Source of the DNA: Candidatus Moraniibacteriota bacterium
GTDB lineage: Bacteria > Patescibacteriota > Minisyncoccia > Moranbacterales > GCA-2747515
Length of the DNA stretch: 64,000 bases
Direction of reading: 5' to 3'
Assembly (NCBI GenBank): GCA_027031495.1
Contig: JALVQA010000013.1
Location: 5,714 to 69,713 of the forward strand
Positions 9,741 through 18,953 of the stretch are shown here, in pieces; positions within the stretch are counted from its first letter, which is position 1; each line of letters starts with the position of its first letter. The notes below the pieces were generated by a model. The model searched no databases and was not told the DNA's origin. It saw nothing but the letters and a program-made list of their open reading frames with translations. The translations under genes were made by a program, and so were the position numbers.

Positions 9741-10664
9741 TTAAAGAACGCTTCGCGCCACATCTTGCAAAATGCGCGCACTCTCACGAAGACGACGTTT
9801 TTCATCGTCGCTAAGATTAATGCACAACTTACCAAGCACGCCACCGCGCCCGACAACAACCGGCAAACTTAAGCATATATCGCTTACACCATATTCTCCT
9901 TCCATGAGATGTGAAACAGGTAGCACTGTTCGCTTGTTGTAGAGAATTGTTCTAACAAGATGTTCCGTTCCAGCGCCAATCGCATAGTATGTTGATTGCT
10001 TTCCTTCTATAATAGCGTATGCCGCATTACGCGCCCTTTGTGCAATATCTTCTTTTTCTTCTCGCGAAAGTTCCTCACATGTACCAAGTTTCATATTGCC
10101 AATCGCAGCCGTTGACCACAGTGCAAATTCGCTATCACCATGCTCACCAATCATATAGGCATGTACGCTCTTTGGGTTGATATTCATCTCTTCACCGATG
10201 AGGTGACGCAAACGTGCGCTATCAAGAATCGTTCCCGTGCCCATTATTTGATTCTTTTTGTCCGGATACATACTCACCGCAATATAGGTCAACACATCTA
10301 CAGGATTCGTCACCATTACGATAACGGCATGCGGATTTTTCTCAAAAATGCGCGGCACAATATCTTTTATAATCGCCGCGTTCTTTTGTACAAGATCCAA
10401 ACGCGTCTCGCCCGGCTTTTGCGCGGCACCACATGTAATAACAACAACACTGCTCTCTGCACAATCATCATACGTACCGACCTTTACCGTTGTAGCGCCG
10501 GCAAATGGTACTGCATGTTGCAGATCCATAACTTGTGATGCTACAAGCTTTTCATTGATATCAATGAGCGCGATCTCTTCCGCCGTATCTTTTAGAACAA
10601 GGCTGTACGCAGTTGTGGCGCCAACCATGCCGGCGCCAATAATTGTAACTTTGTTCTTATGCAT
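9741..10664 (-). CDS. ldh: L-lactate dehydrogenase
   Basis: IIGAGMVG Rossmann, AQKPGETRLDL (Gln specificity position), NPVD, LDSAR, GEHGDS. Confidence 0.93.
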   Translation of the reverse strand: MHKNKVTIIGAGMVGATTAYSLVLKDTAEEIALIDINEKLVASQVMDLQHAVPFAGATTVKVGTYDDCAESSVVVITCGAAQKPGETRLDLVQKNAAIIKDIVPRIFEKNPHAVIVMVTNPVDVLTYIAVSMYPDKKNQIMGTGTILDSARLRHLIGEEMNINPKSVHAYMIGEHGDSEFALWSTAAIGNMKLGTCEELSREEKEDIAQRARNAAYAIIEGKQSTYYAIGAGTEHLVRTILYNKRTVLPVSHLMEGEYGVSDICLSLPVVVGRGGVLGKLCINLSDDEKRRLRESARILQDVARSVL

Positions 10665-10675
10665 ATTTTGAAATT

Positions 10676-11812
10676 TTAAAATAAGTGTAAAATATCACGA
10701 ACAGTAATAATTGCCATTAAGATAATAAGTGCTACGAAACTTATACCATGCACAACTGATTCCACATTTTTGTTAACAGGTTTTCCACCACGTAATTTCT
10801 CAATAAGGATAAAGAAAATGCGCCCACCATCAAGTGCCGGTAACGGCAAGATGTTAATGATAGCAAGATTGACGGAAAGAATAGCGGCGAAATGTGCAAG
10901 TTGTGCAAGACCAAGCGCAGCTACTTCGCCGGTCATCTTTGCAATACCGACAGGACCGGCCACATCAGCACTAAGACCAGCGCCTGTAAGTAGATTCCAA
11001 AAGAGCTCTGCCAGTCCCGTTGTAATGAGTACAAGATATGTCCACGTCTGATACGCTGCCCCGCCGATAATTTCAAGATTATTCAAATCAGCGATGCGTA
11101 CATTTGCAAGCTCAATCCCGAGAGCACCGTTTTTATCGGCATTTTCACCACCGCGCAGAACACCTTTTGTTGTAATTTCTTTGCCACCACGTCGCACGGT
11201 AATTTCTACTTCTTGCCCTTTGTGTGCCGACGTAAACTCAATAAACATGGCACTTCCTGTAATGGGCGCACAACCATTATCGGCACACGCTTTCAGAAGA
11301 ATATCCCCCATCTTTAAGCCCATCTCAGTTGCCGGTGAATGTGCATTGGCACCTGTTGTCTGCACTCGCGTAATTTGCACAAAACTATGTGGCGTTCCGT
11401 CCGGTACCGGCTCCGGCATGCCAAACGACAGCGCAACCGCAAATAATAGAAACGCTGTGATAACATTCATAACTACGCCGGCAACGAGAATTTTAAATCG
11501 CACCCATGCGCTCTGTGCAGCAAAACTGTCTGGATCCTTACTTGTACCATCTTCTCCTTTGATGCGCACAAAACCACCAAGCGGAATCCAGTTTAGTGAG
11601 AAAATCGTATTCTTGTATTTTTTCTTCTGCGTACGCCAAACAATCTCCCACTTCCCTTTGTCATTTTTTACAATGCCGACAATGCGCGGCGGAAAACCAA
11701 AGCCAAACTCGTGTGCCGTCACACCATTCCTAACTGCCGTTATGTAGTGACCAAACTCATGCACGAAAATTAACAGCGCCAAAACGGCAATAAAAATTAG
11801 AATCGTTGTCAT
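10676..11812 (-). CDS. rseP: RseP-like M50 intramembrane metalloprotease with PDZ-like region
   Basis: HEFGH, IPLGGFV, NILPLPALDGG. Confidence 0.93.
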   Translation of the reverse strand: MTTILIFIAVLALLIFVHEFGHYITAVRNGVTAHEFGFGFPPRIVGIVKNDKGKWEIVWRTQKKKYKNTIFSLNWIPLGGFVRIKGEDGTSKDPDSFAAQSAWVRFKILVAGVVMNVITAFLLFAVALSFGMPEPVPDGTPHSFVQITRVQTTGANAHSPATEMGLKMGDILLKACADNGCAPITGSAMFIEFTSAHKGQEVEITVRRGGKEITTKGVLRGGENADKNGALGIELANVRIADLNNLEIIGGAAYQTWTYLVLITTGLAELFWNLLTGAGLSADVAGPVGIAKMTGEVAALGLAQLAHFAAILSVNLAIINILPLPALDGGRIFFILIEKLRGGKPVNKNVESVVHGISFVALIILMAIITVRDILHLF

Positions 11813-11850
11813 ATTCTTTAGTAAATACAGTTATATATCATAGACCTCTC

Positions 11851-12408
11851 CTATACTGTCATAATCTCCTCTTCTTTTTCTTTGCGCAAGGACTCAATTT
11901 TTGCATTGTATTCATCAACAACCTCCTGCAAAGCGTCTTTGGCGCTGAATTTTTCATCTTCCGATATATCACCTACCTTTTCTGCTTCCTGAATTGCTTT
12001 CCATATATCCTCACGCACGTTCCGTACCGCCACACGCGCATCTTCTGCGCGACGTCCGAGTACCTTTACAAGTTCTTTGCGCTGCTCCTCAGTAAGGGCC
12101 GGCAACGTAATGCGAATTGTTGCGCCATCATTATTTGGTTGCACACCAATATTCGCCGCCTTAATCGCTTTTTCAATAGCCGGGAGCATACTGTTATCCC
12201 ACGGAGCAATCAGCAACTGACGCGGTTCCGGTACAGAAATATTTGCAATCTGTTTGAGTGGCATCATCGCACCATACGATTCAACTTTTATATCTTCCAC
12301 AAGCATCGGTGTTGCGCGCCCGGTGCGAATGCGCATCATCTCTCTTTTGAAATGCTCAATAGCATTGTTAAACTGTTCTCTTTTTTCTTCAATTAATTCT
12401 TTGTACAT
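11851..12408 (-). CDS. frr: Ribosome recycling factor
   Basis: RTGRATP, IEKAI, LTEEQRKEL, RVAVRNVR, KEEEIM. Confidence 0.98.
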   Translation of the reverse strand: MYKELIEEKREQFNNAIEHFKREMMRIRTGRATPMLVEDIKVESYGAMMPLKQIANISVPEPRQLLIAPWDNSMLPAIEKAIKAANIGVQPNNDGATIRITLPALTEEQRKELVKVLGRRAEDARVAVRNVREDIWKAIQEAEKVGDISEDEKFSAKDALQEVVDEYNAKIESLRKEKEEEIMTV

Positions 12409-12426
12409 ACTACTTCCTTACTAAAT

Positions 12427-13509
12427 CTACTTACTTGACTTTGTGCCAATATAAATAATGTTTTCATCAACTGTATCGTATTGTATCACAGATGCGGCAC
12501 GCGATGCACTGATTTGTACCGGCGTCCACTTTGTCATTGTATCGTCAGAGCGATAAAGCAAGCGTCCGATACTGTATATAATCTGGTGTGTGTTATGTGG
12601 ATTGACGGCAATCGCTTTGACAGGGATTTTTTCCTGCGACTTGATAATATCAAGTTCGCGCCATGTCACACCATAATCATCACTGCGATAAATCCCGCTG
12701 TCTGTACCAACATACACGACGCCCGGCGTACGAGGATCTGTCTCCAACGAATAAACACTCGTCGACCGCCGATGGCGCACTGCCGTAACAGACTTATCCG
12801 TGCCGGCGAGTTTGCGTGTAAAATCCTGCACGTCTTTGCCAGCGGTACGTGTCTTGAGAAGCCCTTTTTTGTAGAGTGCAAAATACACCGTCTGAGGATC
12901 TTGTACATCAAATGCGATTTTTATCACAGGACCACGTGCTTTGTATACATCTGCCCACGTCTTGCCACCATCCGTCGTTTTGATAATAAGACCGGTACTC
13001 ATACCGACATAGAGCACATTCTGATCACTGGGCTCCATTGCAAGAGCTGTAATCACGGCCTTTTTTACAGGTTCCGTATAAATTTCCTCCCACTCTTCAC
13101 CGCCATCAACGCTTTTGTAGACACGCGCAAGCCCCTGATAAACGCCTGTTGCGTAAATTGTTTGTGCATCATCCACAGCAATGCCATACACACGCTCTGG
13201 CGCAAAGTTAATCGCATGCCAGCTCTCGCCAGCATCATCTGTCATAAAAATACCCTTTTTACGCGTACCGATATAGATCTTTTTTGGATCTTGTGCGCTG
13301 TGTGTCATGGAGAGAATATCAACACCGGCAATAGATTCATCCTTTTTACCGACACGTGGCTCAAATGTTTCACCACCATCAATTGACATCAAAAAACTGC
13401 CGGCTGTAGAACTGCCTTTACCACAGCCACTCAGCAAACCACCGGCAACAATGACTACGAGAGCAAAAAACACACCACGCCTGCAAAAAGTAAAGATTTG
13501 CTTATACAT
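12427..13509 (-). CDS. Secreted/lipoprotein beta-propeller with BNR/Asp-box repeats
   Basis: Lipobox-like LSGC; repeated SxDGGxxW boxes (SIDGGETF, TDDAGESW, SVDGGEEW, TTDGGKTW, SDDYGVTW). Confidence 0.8.
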   Translation of the reverse strand: MYKQIFTFCRRGVFFALVVIVAGGLLSGCGKGSSTAGSFLMSIDGGETFEPRVGKKDESIAGVDILSMTHSAQDPKKIYIGTRKKGIFMTDDAGESWHAINFAPERVYGIAVDDAQTIYATGVYQGLARVYKSVDGGEEWEEIYTEPVKKAVITALAMEPSDQNVLYVGMSTGLIIKTTDGGKTWADVYKARGPVIKIAFDVQDPQTVYFALYKKGLLKTRTAGKDVQDFTRKLAGTDKSVTAVRHRRSTSVYSLETDPRTPGVVYVGTDSGIYRSDDYGVTWRELDIIKSQEKIPVKAIAVNPHNTHQIIYSIGRLLYRSDDTMTKWTPVQISASRAASVIQYDTVDENIIYIGTKSSK

Positions 13510-13713
13510 AATTTATAATTTTTACGACTTTTGTTGCCCGCAAGACAGTATTTGGTTACTTTACATATACAGTAATAGTACCATATATTCTTTTTGCTGT
13601 CTTGTTTGTTTACATATGCACAGACATTTTTTTGCATAAATAAAAAGATGCGCCTAAAAACGCACCTCTTTACAATTTTACAATAAATTCATTTTAGCAA
13701 TAGCACTATTATC

Positions 13714-14520
13714 CTATTTTCCAATAATAAGAGCATTCCACATATCACGCAGATATTCCATCGGATACTTGATAGAATTATCGTCATTATCACCCGTTGA
13801 ATTTGAAGTAATTTCCAAAAACTCGTTATCAAAGAAAGCGTTACCATCTTCAGCATTTCTAAAATGAAAAACTAACTCATACTTTTGAACATCAATAGGG
13901 TTTCCATTTTTTGAGAATATTGTTTCCTTTACAACACGTCTTACGCTCTCAAATTCTATAGAGAAAACTTGTCCCAACCGGTCACTGTACACATTGACAG
14001 TATGATATTTTTGAAGTTCCCTGTACTGGTTTGGCGTAACACGTGTTATAAGGCGTGTGCCACTATTGGCAAACATGGAAAAGAGAGTATCTCCTGTATT
14101 CACGGAAGAATCTTTTACTTTTGGAACTTCATCAATAACGCCGTCTTGCGGAACGTAGATTTTGTAATTATCAAGCAAATTATTTAAAATGCTTATTTCC
14201 GTTCGTGCAGAAACATTTTCCTCTGCAAATTCTTCAAGTGTAGCAATACGCTCTCTTATTTTTGTCGCATCAATAAGCACTGCAAGTTCACCCCTCTTTA
14301 CATGCTGACCAGAAGATACAAGAATTTCCTTAATTTTCCCAGAAACCTCAGAAGAAACTGAAACATTTTTTTTATCAACATAAAAGAATATTGGGCTACC
14401 AATTGTTTGAAGTGTATTCATCTTTCGTGCAAGTGCCTGCGTTGACACAAAAAGGACAAATAAAAAGATGAGGATAAAGGCGAAAACATTGAAAAGCGCT
14501 TCTTTTAAATTTTTATTCAT
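13714..14520 (-). CDS. HlyD/membrane-fusion-like protein (biotin-lipoyl halves), low GC
   Basis: N-terminal TM; VSSEVSGKIKEILVSSGQHVKRGE and IYVPQDGVI...VNTGD lipoyl-like halves. Confidence 0.7.
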   Translation of the reverse strand: MNKNLKEALFNVFAFILIFLFVLFVSTQALARKMNTLQTIGSPIFFYVDKKNVSVSSEVSGKIKEILVSSGQHVKRGELAVLIDATKIRERIATLEEFAEENVSARTEISILNNLLDNYKIYVPQDGVIDEVPKVKDSSVNTGDTLFSMFANSGTRLITRVTPNQYRELQKYHTVNVYSDRLGQVFSIEFESVRRVVKETIFSKNGNPIDVQKYELVFHFRNAEDGNAFFDNEFLEITSNSTGDNDDNSIKYPMEYLRDMWNALIIGK

Positions 14521-14548
14521 AGTAATAGAATACTTATTTGTAAATCGT

Positions 14549-14956
14549 TTACTTAAACCTCCCTCTCAAGAGAAATGAACCGAGGAGAAAAATTGTAATG
14601 ACAACCCATATAGAATTAAAAAATGTTGACCAAAATTCCGGTGGGTTATACCACCCAATTACAAGACTTGTAAATGACAGCAGAATAATAAGCATATGTG
14701 GCCAAATCCACTTCATAATGGGATCAATGTTACTTCTTCTTGATGTTGTTGCGATCCACCTCTCCTCCGTATTAAAAATAACAGAAAAAAGTCCCATAAG
14801 GTAAGGATAAAAACTAGCATACGCTGTTGCCATAGTGGATAAACGCATAGCCTGTCCTAAAAGGAGCCATGTAAGAGAAAAATAAAGAAAAAAGAACGGG
14901 AGGTAATGAACAAAATACCAGAGACACTTGTTTATTATTTGACAAGTGTGCAGCAT
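14549..14956 (-). pseudogene. Probable C-terminal TM fragment of a cellulose-synthase-like GT2
   Basis: Only TM helices plus WIATTSRR..WIWPH, resembling the FxVTxK gating region; no catalytic domain upstream; sits before the HlyD-like gene. Confidence 0.4.
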
Positions 14957-15060
14957 TTTTGATAAAAAAAGTAACCTATTTGAATACTTTTTATTCTTAG
15001 TGCTTTTTAGTACGGCGCCATACCACTAGAACACCGTGGCAAATAAACATTCTCAATACA

Positions 15061-15089
15061 TTGACTTATGCACACAAAAATGCTACGAT
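15061..15089 (+). promoter_or_regulatory. Promoter of tRNA-Lys
   Basis: TTGACT-17nt-TACGAT with extended TG. Confidence 0.6.
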
Positions 15090-15135
15090 GGCAATCAGTT
15101 ACAACCACTTACACGTTGTCACTTTCAAAATACAT

Positions 15136-15208
15136 GGGCGCATAGCTCAGTCGGTAGAGCAACGGCCTTTTAAGCCGATGGTCGGGGGTTCGAATCCCTC
15201 TGCGCCCA
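15136..15208 (+). tRNA. tRNA-Lys(TTT), CCA not encoded
   Basis: Acceptor GGGCGCA/TGCGCCC, D-arm AGCTCAGTCGGTAGAGC, anticodon loop CTTTTAA, T-loop GTTCGAATC. Confidence 0.97.
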
Positions 15209-15217
15209 CAAAGAAAT

Positions 15218-15243
15218 AAAAACAAGCTCTTGGCTTGTTTTTT
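15218..15243. terminator. Bidirectional intrinsic terminator after tRNA-Lys
   Basis: AAAAACAAGC-TCTTG-GCTTGTTTTT. Confidence 0.65.
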
Positions 15244-15832
15244 AATTATCAATGCTATAAACGCGGTAGTTTATACCTGACTTCACTATTCTTCAGAGGA
15301 ATATAACACTTTACTACTTGCTGTTATCAACCATCACCGCGTTTGAATTTGACATAGATAAATCTGATATCAGCTTACTTAATTTTACCTTACTGCTCCA
15401 TACATTCTAAAAACTTGCCGACAATGACAAGATGTTTATCACTGTCTTTAACTACGACTACATCGTCGTCGGAAGGAATAGCTCTCCTATGGGAATTAAA
15501 AACTCTATAAACCTTCAAAATTCTTGAAAAGCTTAATAAAGCGACTGAGAGAATGCTACTCCCTCAGTCAAAACGTTACTCCACGAGCAAATCCTTTTGC
15601 TCGTGGAAAAAATTTACCCTTCCAAAATCTCCTTCCATGAAGATTGGAAGGGCTTACCAATGACCTTCTTGTCATAGACCAGAGCGTGAGAGCATCAATC
15701 AACCTCCTCAAGGTCGCTCCGTCTGCCCCACGCCCATGAACAAGCACGGCGGAGGGGCTTAGCGCCGATAACTCATCCTCTAAGAGCATCCCTTGCAGAA
15801 AGGAATGCTCTAAATGAATAAGATGGCTACAA

Positions 15833-16966
15833 TCACCACCTATCGGTAGTGATTCCACCGCGAGATGCCGGGTCATTCGGGTCTGGGATATCATACTCTC
15901 TATTGAATATGACTTTCTCTCCCATTGTGGCACATACCCTTATGGTTGTGCCTGAGCCGAAATAAAGGTCCCGATAGCCACCAGCGGGTCTATACCCGTC
16001 AGCGCTCTCGTTGCGAAAGTGATTTCTAACAAATCTTATAGAATCACTTTCCCTTTCGGTTACCTCTACGGACCACTGCTCCCGGGGGATTTCAATCTCT
16101 TCAACTTTTTCCCCCACTGCTACAAAGGTATCAGTGGTTACTTTCAGGACAACATCAAACTTTTCGTCCCTGAAAGTTGTGCCGGCAGGTAACAACTTGC
16201 GCTGTTGTACCTTTTTTTCCATAAAAGCTTTTACGGGAATGTCAATGGAGACATCCTTTCCGTAAACTTTTCTTTTTACTGACTCAGTTTCAATTCTAAC
16301 CTCGTCAGCAATTAGAAATGTTTCATCCTCAGCAGGTCTCCCATAGGAAGCAACCGCCTTTGCGGCGATGTATTCTTCGAGCTGAGAATTACCCACTTTC
16401 CCATCAAAAATAACCTCGGTCGTTTTTGCTGGGGAGAACATCGCCCTTTCCTCAAGGAAAGTGACTGGACCAATATCAAGACTTATCGATCCGTCCATCT
16501 CCCCCTTTGGATCTGGTTTGACCCTAATGTCATAAATATGCGCATCAATCACATGGATGCACCTCTTGGCATCATATCTGCCGGCAGCAAGAATGATTTT
16601 TTCATCATCATTTACCTCCAGCACGATATCCTCCGGAACAAATATCTGACTATTCTCCATGTCAGGAATAATGTCCCCAGACGCCACCATTTCATCTATG
16701 CCATGGTGGCTACTATATCTTATGAGATGTTCCGGATCTATCTTTACCGTCCTTGGTTGAATGACTTCAGCAACCCGCGCTATAACAACCTTGTCAAGTT
16801 CGCGAATTACCTCTAAAACAACCTTGCAATTTGCATGGTTGTTTTTTAGCACGTCCATACCACCGGACACGATAATCCATTTATCATGCCTTCTTTTGAT
16901 AATGCAGTCCCTTGCATTTTTTTTGCTCGGGCTCAACTCCGAGATTTTAAAAATCAGTTCTTTCAT
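15833..16966 (-). CDS. Hypothetical protein (~377 aa), no recognised family
   Basis: Long open frame; GGGAG 5 nt before MKELIFK. Confidence 0.7.
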   Translation of the reverse strand: MKELIFKISELSPSKKNARDCIIKRRHDKWIIVSGGMDVLKNNHANCKVVLEVIRELDKVVIARVAEVIQPRTVKIDPEHLIRYSSHHGIDEMVASGDIIPDMENSQIFVPEDIVLEVNDDEKIILAAGRYDAKRCIHVIDAHIYDIRVKPDPKGEMDGSISLDIGPVTFLEERAMFSPAKTTEVIFDGKVGNSQLEEYIAAKAVASYGRPAEDETFLIADEVRIETESVKRKVYGKDVSIDIPVKAFMEKKVQQRKLLPAGTTFRDEKFDVVLKVTTDTFVAVGEKVEEIEIPREQWSVEVTERESDSIRFVRNHFRNESADGYRPAGGYRDLYFGSGTTIRVCATMGEKVIFNREYDIPDPNDPASRGGITTDRW

Positions 16967-17079
16967 CTTTACTCCCTGCGCCATGGACGGCGCGTTGAGG
17001 TTGAACCACTACCCTCCATGAGAGGGTAGACTAGACGTCTATGTGCCCGCAACTTGGAAAGTTGCCGGCACAATAAAAG

Positions 17080-17119
17080 TCCCGAGCAAGTGATGTCACC
17101 ACAACATCACCGCTCGGGA
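17080..17119 (-). terminator. Probable terminator downstream of the DUF1874 gene
   Basis: TCCCGAGC..GTGATGT/ACATCAC..GCTCGGGA stem followed by CTTTTATT on minus strand. Confidence 0.5.
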
Positions 17120-17233
17120 AAAAAGTGTTTTTTATGTCGTTACCGACTTTCGGGGAACCACCCCTGCGCACGGAACACTAACCGCACGCCCGTGGATAGC
17201 CGCCACGGACTTGGATTGCCTCGCCGGCGACGG

Positions 17234-17548
17234 TTAGGAAACCGTCACGAGGTACCACTTAATGGTGGCACCCTCCGGAAGGCTGGTTGCACCTTCCAGC
17301 AGACGAGGGCCGCGATACTGGCCCACCAGCACCGCCTCGCCTTTCTCAAGGGAGACGGTTACACGCTGGCAAGGCACAGCAACGCCGAGCTGCTCACCAA
17401 GGACGGCGGCAGTCTCGGCGTGACCGACGGCAGAGTCGAAACCCTGCGCGACGGCCTCGCGAGCCTCGTCAAGCGAGACCTCCTTGATCATGACTGACGC
17501 CGGAAAAGACGCCAGCATGTTCAAAGAAAAAGCGTTGAGCAGTTTCAT
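17234..17548 (-). CDS. DUF1874 / STIV B116 / YddF family, AcrIII-1-type cA4 ring nuclease homolog
   Basis: LLNAFSLNML N-terminus, SAVGHxxTA, R62, RLLEG; strong SD GGAGGAG; GC-rich. Confidence 0.88.
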   Translation of the reverse strand: MKLLNAFSLNMLASFPASVMIKEVSLDEAREAVAQGFDSAVGHAETAAVLGEQLGVAVPCQRVTVSLEKGEAVLVGQYRGPRLLEGATSLPEGATIKWYLVTVS

Positions 17549-17969
17549 CGCTCAACTCCTCCGGATTAACGCACCGGGGAACAGGTTCTTATTGTACTCG
17601 TTCATACATCACTGCATAAACGAGCGGTCACCAATGACCGACCACTTCACTCTTGGGTAACCAAGAGCTTATAGGCCTTTTTCAAACCTGTACTTTCGCG
17701 TCCGCAATTCACCAAGGCTTGCGGAGGCCCAAATTTGCCACTCTTCCGAGCGGCACGGTGTAGACAAAGCAAGGAGGAATCCTTTGTCCACACGGTGTCG
17801 CCAAGAAGAATTTGTGCGATTGGTTCTGAGAGGTCTGTACTCTCTACCTCCACGCGAGAGGGTTTCTCGTGGGAAGGATAAAGAGGGGGAGAAGTGTGCA
17901 CCACACGCTTCTCCCCGAAATAACCATGCGTGATTTTTTGTTATCCCCCCTCACGCTGGGGGCTTCCCG

Positions 17970-18128
17970 CTAGGCAGCTTGTTGTTTCTGCCTAGCGAGA
18001 AAAATCAGTTGGGCGGCACGGTGGTGCCGGGTGGCACCCCCGCGATTATTAAGGAAGCGCTGGGCCGTATTCGGCCCAGCTTCCTTTAAAATCTTTTCAA
18101 CCTTGCGCTCAATCCACGTTTTTTGCAT
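17970..18128 (-). CDS. Unannotated 52-aa basic small protein
   Basis: Hand translation MQKTWIERKVEKILKEAGPNTAQRFLNNRGGATRHHRAAQLIFLARQKQQAA; upstream GGGGAGGGAG SD. Confidence 0.5.
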   Translation of the reverse strand: MQKTWIERKVEKILKEAGPNTAQRFLNNRGGATRHHRAAQLIFLARQKQQAA

Positions 18129-18300
18129 ATTCTCTCCCTCCCCATTAACTGAGGAGGGCCTCGTTTTGCCCCTCGCCGTGCGGGGCGTTTAATGTGTCCA
18201 ACGGGCGGCGAACTCCCGTTGGAAGAATTCTGTGCTCTCACCCGAGAGCGCTGTGGAGGCAATGCGTGTTGTCTCTACAGCGCTATGGGTGAAAGATTAA

Positions 18301-18313
18301 GTTGTTAAAGAGT
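18301..18313 (-). promoter_or_regulatory. boxA-like antitermination element
   Basis: ACTCTTTAACAAC vs E. coli boxA TGCTCTTTAACA. Confidence 0.45.
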
Positions 18314-18790
18314 CCCTCCACCAGGCAACGCTGCGTGCTGTCTGTGTGGGAGAGTCCCGTTTCGTGAGGGAACCGTAACTGGCGAATTTGTACGCCAGTG
18401 AACTGGGGGAAACGCAAAGGGATTGTTATATGACTTCTCTCCCCCTTTCCCCGCAGATCACTGCCACACAAAGCGTCAGTGCTTCTTTGGTAGGTGTCTT
18501 TTCTGCTTTTGGAGCGACCTTTTAGAGTGGCTCACGGCATGAGTGTGTGATACAAAAAAGCGATCGGGAGACGTCCTCTCATGTAATCGTTACCTGCACA
18601 CTGCAGATATTTCTCATCATAAGAAGAGATCTCCCGATCGCTCTGTTATTGACAACGGCCACCTAATGCGCCCGCGTCGTGCTTTCCTGTAGTAAATCAG
18701 AAAGACTCTCTCCTCGCCTGTCACACATCTCGTGTGATTTCTCTCATTACACTGCCTAAAGTGTAGTGAGAGAAGTTTTTTGCAATAAAT

Positions 18791-18804
18791 TGTCTAAAAG
18801 AACG
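18791..18804 (-). promoter_or_regulatory. boxA-like element ~35 nt after the predicted start site
   Basis: CGTTCTTTTAGACA. Confidence 0.35.
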
Positions 18805-18844
18805 TGCCCTCAGTCCGTGTCCGTGTCTATCTCAGTGTGAGCTT

Positions 18845-18873
18845 ATAATAGCACACATCCACATCTGTGTCAA
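18845..18873 (-). promoter_or_regulatory. sigma70 promoter (proximal of tandem pair)
   Basis: TTGACA-17nt-TATTAT with extended TG. Confidence 0.75.
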
Positions 18874-18953
18874 TACCCTTACTGGAGATTTCTGTGTGCT
18901 ATCACTACTTCTGACACGCACTCTATACTACCCTTCATTACTGTACTGGTGAG

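Noticed and set aside
12481-13386. Long antisense ORFs (also 41874-42596, 56718-57554, 20050-20706)
   Set aside because: Shadows of well-supported genes on the opposite strand
15568-15933. 121-aa ORF as a full gene
   Set aside because: Overlaps the 377-aa gene end and runs through multiple hairpins; only its last 35 codons are noted as a possible peptide
17054-17497. 147-aa plus-strand ORF
   Set aside because: Antisense shadow of the GC-rich DUF1874 gene
17647-17904. 85-aa GTG-start ORF upstream of the DUF1874 gene
   Set aside because: Has a GGGGAG upstream but no recognisable motif and atypical composition; cannot support it, though not excluded
15710-18521. 11-bp inverted match AAGGTCGCTCC (15710-15720) / GGAGCGACCTT (18511-18521) as long-range pairing or terminal repeats
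   Set aside because: About one such match is expected by chance in a 3.5 kb self-comparison
17900-18840. Structured region as RNase P RNA, tmRNA, group II intron or rRNA
   Set aside because: No GAGGAAAGTCC, no tRNA-like tmRNA ends, GAACCGTA at ~18370 lacks the rest of domain V, no rRNA signatures
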